DNA of 63,951 nt, the filler included, from Choristocarpus tenellus KU-1152 (lineage: Eukaryota; Protista; Phaeophyceae), in NCBI GenBank assembly GCA_964200185.2. It is 11 parts of 11 records of this genome, joined end to end, with 100 filler letters (N's around TTAATTAATTAA, not from the genome) between each part and the next. Parts side by side here need not be neighbours in the genome. Positions count along the whole stretch, not along the records: positions 36,723 to 50,273 come from CAXNAD020001453.1; 10 more parts are not named here. One strand, written 5' to 3'. Positions 37,103 through 48,469 of this stretch are shown one piece after another. Position numbers and translations under genes: made by a program. Within the stretch, counting starts at the first letter, position 1. Every line of letters begins with the position of its first letter. The notes below the pieces were generated by a model that worked only from the letters and a program-made list of their open reading frames with translations, was not told the DNA's origin and did not search any database.

Positions 37103-39776
37103 GGATGGCTTCTCCAGTGTGTCATCACTCCAGGGAATAAGTGGATGCCCAAGTCATATGATGAAATTGCAGAGGCGTGTCTCTCACAGGTGAAAAATCA
37201 CTTGAAGATCTGTGTACCAGTATTATATCATCAGTCATTCTATTTGTTTCTTTGACAGGATTGATTGATATCACTTGACACCTCATGTAGTGTATGTTAT
37301 GTGAGCATTCAGTCCGAACATATGTTTTGACATCATTAGGTCACAGTATTAATTGATTAGTTTATTTCTAGGTCATATTGTTAATAGTAAGTTACTTTTT
37401 ACTGTGTCATAAATTGAAGAACGGGACTATTTCTATTAGCAAATCAAGACCCAACCGCCTCTACCTCCTTTTGGATTTGCACTATATGTATATTTTTTGT
37501 ATTGTTTTTTTGTTTTATGAGAGATTTATTATTGGATTTGTGTCGTTTAGTGTTGATTTCTATGATTACTCTCTCCCCATCATCACCCCCCCCCCCCACT
37601 CTCCCCCTTGCAGTTGCTATGATTTCATAAGGATGTATGTTTTGTACAAGTCTCTAGTGCCCAAAAGAGAGTACCTTTGTGTCATTGTATGTGGCTGTTT
37701 ACATGGCGGTCAGTCTTGTGCGTTCTATCGTGTGTTTCCTTGCCGGATGCTTCTGTCAATGAACCTGTTACCATTACTCTCTATTATTATATCAACAGAA
37801 ATAAATAAACAAAACATTGTATTTCAATAGATTTAATAGGATTGTGAACGGGTCCAATTATTTTCATTTCTCTTACATAATTGTATTTTTCTCATTATTA
37901 CTATCAAAATTTAAAAATAATCTTGACCTGCTATTGTCTTCCTACTGCAGTATGAGGCAAACCATCAAGTCTTCCAAAGAGCTTACTGCGATTACTCAGT
38001 GTGGATAACCATCACCTCCCCCCTGCTATCCTACAAAAAATACCTGTAAAGGTACATGACCTCTTCCTCTCAGCAAGGGACCTCAAGTGCACCTGGACCA
38101 ATGTGGTTAAGCCTGCTGGGTCAGTTCACCGTGAGGGATTAGGTCTGGATAAGTATCGCCCTAAACATAGGACACCCATCACCAATTTCTTCATGGTGGA
38201 CTCATACACCTATCAGGTACAGGGTGGAACTGGGTGATGTGTGGATTGATTGTACCTGAGCGAAAGTATCTTAGAGGGTACGAGTTATGCCCTGTTTGTC
38301 CATTTGGGGCTTGGCTCCCCATGTTTTTTTTTATTACATTTTCCTACTCCAAAGTGTTTCGGAGTAGGTAAAATGTATATATTATTAAAATGTGTGTCCG
38401 AAGCAAGGACATTGACACTTCCTAACAAACACGATAGCCAATTTTTCATCAAAATTGCAACAATGGATTTGACCTCCAAATGGACGCGTTGCTACCCTCT
38501 AAGATACTTTGTCTCCCTCTGCTCAAGCTTTCCCAAGCCTTGACTGGACTTGACCAAAATAATGGCATCTCTTCTTACCTGGCTATCAGTGTGATTGTCC
38601 GTTAGTTGTTTGTACTCCAAGGTTGTGTGTGTTTGTGTGTGTGTTTTGATGTGGTTGTGGGTTGTTGGTTGTGCAGACAACAATTGAAGAGAGATTGATT
38701 TTGAAACTATTTATGTTTAAAGGGTTGCTGCTGCTACAACTCTCACAAATTGTCTTGGGGGGTTTGATGTCGGTATGGCTGTTCTTTCAGCACATGTAGG
38801 TTACATGTGAAATGCTATTGTTTCCTTCTTGTATGTTGTCCTGAGTGATTGATACATGAGTGTTACGTGTACGTATCTTTGAACCTTTGTGTGTGTATGT
38901 GTGTGTGTGTATGTATGTGTCACATGAATGTTCTGCCTCGAGTAAAGCAGAGTCAGTTGATCTTAGATTGACGATGGTCCGTTTACCAACTGAAGAACAG
39001 TGGGTATCAAAATGGAGTTGTTTTGATTGGTCCATTGCTTCCTCATATACATGCACTGTACTTTCTGGTTTAGGCCTCCTTCCTTGCAATGCCTCGTTGT
39101 AAGCATGGTTTGGTTCAATAGTGTACATGGAAAGATCTTTTGTAAATGTTGGTTATCATGTCAAACCGTTTTGATCCCATCATTGTAATAGGGTCCTTTT
39201 CTCTGAGTTTGTCATAGACTATCCCAGGAAGTTTCCCAATAATTTCCACCGAGAAAGAGATCGGAAATTGGCGGAGTGATATATGGCGTTATGACATTTA
39301 CCTCTAGTGGTATAATCAATATACCGTCAGCGGTGTTAGGTGCAGTCATACCGTGTCATTGGCTATTCCATATACATCCCTTCTCCTGACCTGGTATGCC
39401 CCTCCTCGCTTACTCCCCCCCTCAATCACATACTATTTTTGTCACTTCCATTTGGACATACCTGGAACCAGTGGCAATCCTCCATGGAAATTCCTTGGAA
39501 TTGTAGTACCTATATGATGTACAAGTATACCAATTCAGTTGACTCGGAAAAAACAAAATGACACCATGAAAAAGACCCTCCCTCTGAAACTGTCGAAATA
39601 TATATCGTGAAAATGTACTTAAACCATGTGTTGAGGTTATTCACTACATCCCACCCTTATACCACCCCCAGGACTACATTGATTCCATGGAGGGAGTTAC
39701 TAAATCAGCAGAACTATGTGCAGACCGTATCCAGAAGGACACTGTCAAAATTGCAACAGCAAGAGAGGAAGAATAG
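37103..39776 (+). pseudogene. ZDS: Zeta-carotene desaturase (ZDS/CrtQ)-like, last three exons (37103-37189, 38052-38216, 39672-39776); probably degenerating
   Basis: Spliced GWLLQCVITPGNKWMPKSYDEIAEACLSQ|VHDLFLSARDLKCTWTNVVKPAGSVHREGLGLDKYRPKHRTPITNFFMVDSYTYQ|DYIDSMEGVTKSA. Clear ZDS C-terminus, but many normally conserved residues are altered. Family identity is high confidence; pseudogene status is moderate. Confidence 0.75.
38258..38515 (-). mobile_element. MITE family A (reverse), TSD CCT
   Basis: cct[gagcgaaagtatcttagagggta...taccctctaagatactttgtctc]cct, in a ZDS intron. Confidence 0.93.
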
Positions 39777-40295
39777 GTATCTGCTGCCAGTGCAGTCTAA
39801 ATGATGTAGCTGTGGTGTTGTTTTGTGATGGTGCATGCGACTGTATAGTCCCTTCCCTTCCAAGGTGTAGAAACCCTCACTGCTGGGACAAATAGGAGTC
39901 CTCTCTCGTGGGTGATGCACATACGATATTTTGGACTAGGGCGGGTGGGGGAGAAGGGGCAATATACCAGGTTGTTGGAATATGGTGTACCAACGTCTTC
40001 CAGAGTACCTTTGAGCCTTGGAGTTGGTATGAATAAGGCAGAGTTTAACTTTTGCGGGTGCTTTGAGGCATGGAGTGGACCGACAAGGGTGTAAGAGTGG
40101 AGGTGTAGGGGTCAGGGAGAAGTGCGGTCAGGATTGATTGTAGAGAATAATATTGTCATGAGACAGTGACAGTGACATTGTCTGGGAGAAGGGTCATAAT
40201 GGACAAGCACAAGTAACTACATCAGTATAGCCAGGCATGGTGAGATGAGATGATGGCAAGGTATATCCATACTATTAGTATAGTAGCAACAATAC

Positions 40296-41246
40296 TCTGA
40301 TGGGTGTGACAACATGGAAATGGAAATTGGTGGGGGTTGGGCCAAGCTGCTTGTGTATGAGTAGTAGGTGGACGGATGGGGCAGCCACAGAGCATGTAAA
40401 TGCTTCGATTCTTCAGTGACCCATACGTCAATGAAGAAAGCCTGGAAGGCCAGTCCCACGGAGTAATGTGCAGGGATACATATTTCTTAGGATCCTCTAG
40501 TAGCAGAACGCATTACATGTCTGTGTGCTCTCATTAGTTTGAGTCACATCAATTGAGGATGAAGGCAGATTTGGACCCATACGCATTCCAGGCCATCTTC
40601 GTTACCCTGCGCAGCACATTCTATTCCAATTTCTTTAACGTGTACAGTAGCGTACGAAATGTTGATACTCTCCCTTTCCACACACAAAGTGACACCACAA
40701 TTAAGCAAGGGTTATTCTGCAATTGTCCAAGATGTCTCTTTTTTGCCATTTCCAAGTATCCTTGATCTGCAACCCTGCCTACCTCTCAATTGGTTTGGTC
40801 CTTTTAATGCTTTTTGTGCCAAATACGTCACAGTACTTTACTCTACCCCATCAGCACATTCTGTATTTATCGAGTCTTCCGCCACCACTCCCAACAAGAT
40901 CACCTATACTCATATACCAAGAATGTTGTGATACAGCTCCCTGCCGAGTATGCTTCCTCATATAAACCGTAAACTGTGGCTGCAATTTTCTCAGCAATGT
41001 GTAATTTCACCCCATTCCAACAATCTCAAAACACCCTGCAATAGCCTTTACCCTAACTCTATTTTTCGGGACTAGAGAGGGCCACTCGTCCTACTTGTTA
41101 CGATCTGACACCTGCATATTACCAGAGGATTAAAGCCACATCGTGGAAGGAGAGGCGTTCTTCTTTTGTGTTCGTGTTTGTTTTTCCTGACTGAGAGGAA
41201 ACATACAAGTTACAGGCATTATTGTTTATGAGATGCTCATTCCTCG
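40296..41246 (+). repeat. Dispersed repeat family C, copy 1 (unclassified, probably decayed transposon)
   Basis: Homologous to 41490-41993 (inverted), 42820-43070 (direct, diverged) and 43870-45485 (inverted). Stops in all frames. Confidence 0.85.
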
Positions 41247-41489
41247 TTTTTCTTTTCAACTACAGTAGGTATGAATAGGAGTTGAAGTTCAAGAAATTCA
41301 AAGAGAAAAATCAGGTCTATATATCCGGTGCTGGCAAATACAGACAAATAGATAGGTGTACAGGAATCCCAGAATTTCTTGGTCTTACACTGCTCGTCCC
41401 TTTCTGTAACAGAGGAAACGGTATGTGTATAGAATTGCGTTTCTTGGACAGATATTTTCTTCATCATTTCACATGTTTGGAAACCAAGT

Positions 41490-41993
41490 GCCAAACCCAT
41501 CGAGAGGTAGGCAGGGTTGCAGATCAAGGATACTTGGAAATGGGAAAAAGGAGATATCTTGGACAATTGCAGAATAACCTTGGCTCAATTGCGGTGTCAC
41601 TTTGTGTGTGGAAAGGGAGAGTATCAGCATTTCGTACGCTACTGTACACGTTAAAGAAATTGGAATAGAATGTGCTGTGCAGGGTAACATAGATGGCCTG
41701 GAATGCGTATGGGTCCTAATCTGCCTTCATCCTCAATTGATGTGACTCAAACTAATGAGAGCACACAGACATGTAATACGTTCTGCTAATGGAGGATACT
41801 AAGCAATATGCATCCCTGCACATTACTCTGTGGGACTGGCCTTCCAGGCTTTGTTCATTGACATATGGGTCACTGAAGAATCGAAGCATTTAGATACTCT
41901 GTGGCTGCCAAATCCGTCCCCCTACTACTCGTACACAAGCAACTTGGCTCAACCCCCACGAATTTCCATTTCCATGTTATCACACCCATCAGA
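41490..41993 (-). repeat. Repeat family C, copy 2 (inverted partner of 40296-40798)
   Basis: Reverse complement matches over about 500 bp, e.g. gagaggtaggcagggttgcagatcaaggatacttggaaatgg. Confidence 0.9.
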
Positions 41994-42082
41994 TCTTGTA
42001 ACAACAAGGTTTTCAGCAAGTGCCCTGACGAGCCTACATCCGAGGACAAGACCAAGTGGTGATAACAAGCTGTATACATAGG

Positions 42083-42118
<36 letters not shown>

Positions 42119-42819
42119 GGACACAAACTTCAATCAACTTCAAAAGAGGAAAAGCAGCTGCAGAGAGTCGGTAGTTTTATAAGGGTAGGATATTTCTTGT
42201 TCATGTATAGTTCGTATGCGAGGGATCTATATGCACGACTGCGAGTTCGAAACTGCGCGCAAGAATGAGAGACGGTGTTGGTAAGGCTTAAGGTGCAGAC
42301 ACAGACAACGGGTGGATAAGCACAGGAATTCCTTGGACTCATCCAGTACATACATGAGAAAGCAGGTACTCGTAATGTATAGACAGACAGACAGATGAAA
42401 GGACAATAATTGTTTGGTTTTACACAGCACTTCTTAAGTGAGAGGGGTCAAACAGATTGTAAAACAGATTGTAAGGAACCTCTTGGGAGAATCATATCAC
42501 TATGTTGGTGGTGTCTTCGTATATCAGCAGTTGAGATAAGACTGTGAAATCATATCCCCTCTACACCCGACTTCTTTCCATCCGGTTTACTATCATCAAA
42601 ACAATATCCAAGTGGCAAGCACTGTGGATACTGCACCTCTCAGTGTTGTCACTGTTGCTGGTAAGTAGTCGTACCACAACAAGAAATACGCAGATGACAC
42701 CGAGGCACAAGATTCGGTCAAGCTGGGGCGATTAGTGGAGGGATGATGACTGAGCCCAACATATGAGAATAGCAAGACACAAACGGATACACCGTGCAAT
42801 TGGCCTTGGTTTGGAGCCA

Positions 42820-43070
42820 ACCTAATTGAAAGGTAGGCATGTTTGGATCCTTTCGTGTTTTAGGTCACATTTCTTACCCTGTGCAATACACTCTATTTCA
42901 CTGCTTTATGTGCATGATAGTGTACGCAATATTGATATTTTCTCTCTCCACACTCAAAGTGACACCACAATCCAGCAGAGTCTCTCTTTCCGCAATTGTG
43001 CAAAATGGCATATTTTTACCCTTCCTTGGGATTCTTGAAATGCAACCCTCCACTCCTATCTCTTGGTTTG
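42820..43070 (+). repeat. Repeat family C, diverged partial copy
   Basis: Matches about 40550-40798 (caaagtgacaccacaat...gcaattgt...tgcaaccct). Confidence 0.75.
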
Positions 43071-43421
43071 ACTCTTGACATTAAAATAGCAGTTCATGCA
43101 TGCCAACTGTGTAGCAGTGGGTCGGTGCTCACCATGGGCCAGGATAGTCCCCAGAGTATAGAAATGTAGCAAGTAGTAATACATACAAGGTAACTGCTGG
43201 GTAATTGAAGGCAATATTATTCTATGCCCACTGACTGACATTTTGTAGATATTGTCGTGATGGGGGGAACGAGAAGACAATCTACAAGACAGAACAGAGG
43301 CAGAAGAAGAACACGAAGACAAGGAAAATTGAACACATATTTGCTTACAATAAAGGCCTTCCAACATGATCTCTCTCGACTGGGTAATCTTGTGTGTAGG
43401 CTGCTGCTTGTCAAGTTTATA

Positions 43422-43850
43422 GTGCCAAAAGATTATCTCAGTCATCCAGTCGGGGTCAAAATGCAAGGTTGCAATTTTGATGTAATTTTGTCCATCAGGT
43501 TTGTTAGGAGATGACAATATCCTTGTTCAGGACGCCCCCTTTAATAACGTTGACATATAACTTACTCCAACACGTTTTTGGTGTAGGTAAAATGTCAGTA
43601 TTAATCCGTAGAAGACCTAAAGTATTTGGAGGGGGTTGGGCTCTACACCAGGGTGTCCATTTGGACCAAAATCAGAAAAATGTGCACTTACACCATCCAT
43701 CCGATGTATCCAACCTAATCACACAAAAATCGTGACATGAATAAATTGGCCCCAAATGGACGACCTCCCCATCCAGATACGTTTGTGTCCAAGTGAAGCC
43801 CCAAATGTGCAAACAGGGGAAAACTCTCATCCTCAAAGATACTTTTACTC
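43422..43850 (+). mobile_element. Old MITE A copy interrupted by a nested MITE B (43614-43790)
   Basis: The A body runs to ...aatccgtagaa, then a complete B (gacctaaagtattt...ccagatacgtttgtgtcc), then A resumes aagtgaagccccaaatg...aagatacttttactc. Confidence 0.85.
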
Positions 43851-43906
43851 TAAAGTTGAAGAGTAAAGTAGGAATGAGCATATCTCAGAAACAATGCCTG
43901 TGAATT

Positions 43907-44060
43907 AACCCAAAGTATCTTAGAGGGAGGGGGGTCTACACCAGGGTGTCCATTTGGACCAAAATCAGGAAAGGTATGCAACCAAATCACCCAAAATTCG
44001 CGACATGAAAAAATTGACCCCAAATGGACAGCCGCTTCCCCCTCCCAGATACTTTGAGCC
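43907..44060 (+). mobile_element. MITE family B (internally deleted), TSD AATT
   Basis: aatt[aacccaaagtatcttagaggg...cccagatactttgagcc]aatt; empty paralogous site at about 41205-41215. Confidence 0.93.
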
Positions 44061-44679
44061 AATTGTATGTTTCTCCTCTCAGTCAGGAAAAACAAACACG
44101 AACACAAGAGAAGAACGCCTCTCCTTCCAAGATGTGACTTCAATCCTCTGGTAATATGCAGGAGTCAGATCGTAACAAATAGGACGGGTGGCCCTCTCTA
44201 GTCATGGATACAATGCGTATGGAGCGAGGAACGTGAGCTAGGATACATCACTCCTTCTTATGTGTCAGGTATACAGAGAAGTACTTGATGTCTTAGATCA
44301 GATTTCGACATAACAAACTGAAACTGAAGCTCCCTCGCAAGCAAGACTCAAAGGAGTTGCACCATTTTTTCCACCTCTCCTCCCCCACCCAACCTCCGAG
44401 GGGACAATTGAAAACCTATATATCTCGTGCTCAAGTTGGATGAAATGCATAGAGGGTGAAAGCTGAGGGTAAGGGGTATCTGGTGGTATGGCAAGGAAAC
44501 CTGACTTTACGTAGGTAGTACATGATATAAAGATATTACAGGTGTTTTGATGTTGTTGGAATTGTGTGGAAATTTCACATTGTTGCCGGGAAAATTGCAG
44601 ATATATTTTACGATTTACATGAGGAAGCATACACTGGCAAGGAGATGTATCACAAGATTTTTGGTATGGGTGTAAGTGA

Positions 44680-44938
44680 GAGTCAAAGTATCTCAGAGGG
44701 TACTAGTTTTGTCCTGTTTGTCAATTTGGGGCTTGGCTTCCCACGGGATTTATATGACGTTTTACCTACTCCGAAACATTTCGGAGTAGGTAAAATGTGT
44801 ACGTTATGAAAAGGTGTGTCCGAAAAAAAGTTACTGACACGTCCCAACAAACACGATAGCCAAAATTACATCAAAATCTCAACATTGGATTTTGGTCCCC
44901 AAATGGAAGCTGCTCTACCCCCTAGGATACTTTGGCTC
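44680..44938 (-). mobile_element. MITE family A (reverse), TSD TGA
   Basis: tga[gagtcaaagtatctcagagggta...taccccctaggatactttggctc]tga; empty paralogous site (single TGA) at 40900-40902. Confidence 0.95.
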
Positions 44939-45599
44939 TGATCCTGTTGGTTGGGAGTGGTGCAGGATTCGAAAGATACAGAATGTGCTGTTGGGGTAGA
45001 GTGAAGTACTTTGAAGTATTTGACGCACAAGGCATAAACAAGGTCAAACCAATCGAGAGGTAGGCAGGGTTGCAGTTCAAGGATACTTGAAAATTAAAAA
45101 AAGGAGACATCTTGGACAATTGCAGAGAGGACCTTTGCCCAACTGTGGTATCACCTTGAGGGTGGAAAGGAGAAAAATCAACATTTCGCACACTACTCTG
45201 CACATAAAGCAATTGGAATAGAATGTGCTGCACAGGGTAATGAAGATGGCCTGGAATGCAAGAGGGTCCAAACCTGCCTGCATCCTCAATTGATATAACT
45301 CAAAGCAATGAGAGCATACAGATGTGTAGTGTGTTCTGCTTATGGAGGATACTAAGCAATATGTATACCTGAACGTTACTGTGTGGAACTGGCGTTCCAG
45401 GCTTTGTTCATTGACGTATGGGTCACTGAAGAATTGAAGCATTTACATGCTTTGTGGCTGCCACATCCGTCCGCATACTACCCATTCGCATCCTCATCCT
45501 GTTCTTCATTATTCTCTTCTACATGCTCCTCACTATCTAACACTAATTCGAATGTCACTCTCAACCTAAGGGGGATCATTGGGGTTCTCCTCCCTCAAC

Positions 45600-46300
45600 T
45601 CACTCTCTACATCCTCCTTTTGGTCATCTTCAGCTTCAACCTCCGAGTCCAGGCACATTTGGCGAATATACACAAAAGGGTAGAAACTCGGTCCTTGAAT
45701 TCTTCCCAATCTCTCGCATTCTGATCCTCACATTCTGATCCTTGCTCAGGTTCTTTCCCAGCTTTGGCTGCTCCCCCAAGGTCCACCCTGCAGCAAAAGT
45801 CACAAGAACCCACCCTGTCGTATCCCTATGCGGGATCAATTGTATCACATGAACGACCTCGAACAGTTCGATTCTGAGATCGTTGTGTGCTGACATGGAA
45901 GGATCCGTTCCTTTATTGGACGTCACCAGGTCGAGATTATTCCCAACCCTCTCTATCGGTCAATCCCCAAACCGATCTGTCGACTTTAGGTGTCACCGTG
46001 CAACCCCTAGGACACCCCTGACTGAAGATCAAAGGCACACTTGTGGAACGCCAGGATCCTGACTTTCCGATACACCACTCATGTGGGGATAGAAACTTTA
46101 GGGACACAGGGTTGGACTTCCTTCCCCACGATCCAGTCAGTCTCAAGATTCCTTGAACCTCCATCTCAATGCCACTATGCCACGTCATTCGTATCTTGCC
46201 GACGGCTTTGAAAGTTGAAACGTGCAAATCTGAGGTCGTGGTGCACACTCCGCACAGTTTCCACCCAACACTTGGAAGAGTTTGTTCCTTGGTCGGGTAG
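45600..46300 (-). mobile_element. Decayed 3' part of a non-LTR retrotransposon with a restriction-like endonuclease (R2/CRE/NeSL-type)
   Basis: WKLCG...LHVSTFKAVGKIRMTWHSGI reads as a mutated CxxC...H...C......RxxRH knuckle, each deviation being one substitution. Followed after a frameshift by LDLV...IELFEV (PD-(D/E)xK-like) and GWVLVTFAAGW. Confidence 0.6.
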
Positions 46301-46499
46301 AAATTGGTCCTAACCCTCTAGCGAACAATCCTCCAAATCAACTCTCAATTTCTGTAAAGAGCAGTACAACACCTAGGACTCCTCTGAACACCAATAATGT
46401 ATTGAATACCAGGATCCTGATCTTTCCATTGCATCACACATCGTGTATAGATTACGATGCCTTTTGGTGGTAATGTAGGGAGGGAAGTGGGAGGTGGTA

Positions 46500-48050
46500 C
46501 AAACAGGAATTTGGTGTCTCAAGAATAATCAAAATGAGGAGTAGAAATCAAGTTATTTATATTTCCAAATGAAATATGTGTTCCTTTTTGAAATATAAAT
46601 ATCAGTACCATTAGTACGATGTACAGTATAAGTACTAATAATACTAGTGTGTTGAAGAAATTGGGGATAACGAGTTTCATGTGTTTTGTTTTTTGTGTTG
46701 AGGTGTTGTTCATGCATTGGCTATTTATTCTATTTGTGGCATAGAAAGAGAAGAGGGTAGATTATCCAACTGTAAAAAGACATAACTACCGTAGAAGAGG
46801 TCCTTTACGCTGAAGAACAAATCAGTTACCACCTCTTGCTGTCTACCACTGTGCTGCTTGGCTGTACGGCAGGAGGTAAACAACGAGTAAAACCGACGTC
46901 CAATAACACGTCCAAGGCAGGGACGGAACTCTTGGGAATGGGAGTGAGGATCGCATTCCCCCGTGTCGGACGTCCCCTCCCAATGAGGGAAAAGCATACT
47001 AACCAACTCCTTCCCAACTTTCGCAACCTGGCAAAGAGACCAACAAGTACAAATGGAGACGATATTAGCTCGGTTCTCGATACCACTTTTAGTTATATTC
47101 TAGTGAGAGCACAAGTGCAACGTGTTTTTTGGCGGGGCATTGAGCGTGGGGATAGAGTCTCAGAAGAGATGACTAGAAGTTGCACTCGCACCACAAGTGT
47201 GATTGGATTTGTACATGAACTACCCAGGAGGTTGGTGCATTCTTTGCTGCTTCGGTCATCTAATTTCGGGATTCAAACTTCCTAAAATAAAAACGTTTTT
47301 TATATATGTAGAATAATGGATAAAAAAATTACTATTTTCTTGAGTAAGAAAAGTTTCCATATCATTCATACTCATATATTAAATATATTCCTAACAATTC
47401 TTATATTTCGGATTTATTAGTGCTTCAAATTTATTTCTAGATGATCATTATTTAGGATATTGGCGAGGAAGAAGCTGTGAGATTTTTCTTATTATCATCA
47501 TATTATTATTCAAGGAATGGTAGTTAGAACAAATACTTTTTGAATAATAAAAGCTAGAGAAGATAAAAAATATTCTCCATGCACTTTTCAAGCTTATTTA
47601 ATAAACAAATGTTGCAAACAAATGAAAATGTTAATGAAATAATTGATAAAAAATAAAAAACACTAGATTTTACATCTACAATTTGGTGTATTATTTAATT
47701 TTACTTATATGGTTTAGAGGATCTACAGCTTTTGGAATATCAAAAAGTACTAATGAACTGTCACTATGTACCATAAATTCACAGTATTTAGCAATGAGGA
47801 ACTTTTTTCCTGTTTCACTTTCAAGATTAGCAAGAGAAAGTATCAGGTCATCTTCAAATGATGTACTTAGGTGTCTTTTGTTGAATATAGTTGGGCACAG
47901 GAGGATATTATTTTTTTAAGTATTTCTAAACCAAAATTAACATTGTTGCTGAAATCCTGGTATTATCATATTGTTTATGATATTAACGCAGAGACCTAAC
48001 AAAATAATATAAACTAAACTAGTAGATATACACCACCACTAATGAAATCA
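46500..48050. other. AT-rich island with broken, intronless ORF remnants
   Basis: Visibly much more AT-rich than flanks at 46500-46750 and 47285-48050. An open minus-strand frame at about 47915-47692 reads NNILLCPTIFNKRHLSTSFEDDLILSLANLESETGKKFLIAKYCEF...KIK*. Confidence 0.5.
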
Positions 48051-48469
48051 ATACCCTGATGATCTGGCCCATGAATTCTCTGTATATACGTCTCTCCAAT
48101 CTCCCACAGACCGCCCCAACAGACAACGAAATACTTGCCTCCTGTCGCAGCAACTACATATCTGTAATGGATACTGTTCGGATGACACAGTCGGAACTAA
48201 GGAACGAGACAATCCAGGAGAGAAGAGAGTCTGTTCAAAGGGTACCGGTGGTGGAACGCGTAGGTAATCAGAAGACTCTAAGTGAGACTCCAGGGGTTCA
48301 GGGGTTCCACGCCACACCAACCACCTATTTGGTGGACAAGTGGCGAGCAGGCCAGGTCCAAGCTCACGGCAAATGAGTATCGATGCAGGGAGCGAAATGG
48401 AAAGGTGGGTATATTAGTGCTTGTGGGATTTTCAGCTTAGGTGAGGAATTGATGGTGACTAGTAGTCCC

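Larger units (their letters stand above)
43870..45485 (-). repeat. Repeat family C, long copy carrying MITE B and MITE A insertions
   Basis: Collinear with the reverse complement of about 40365-41246 once the MITEs are removed, plus about 330 bp extra internal sequence. Confidence 0.85.
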
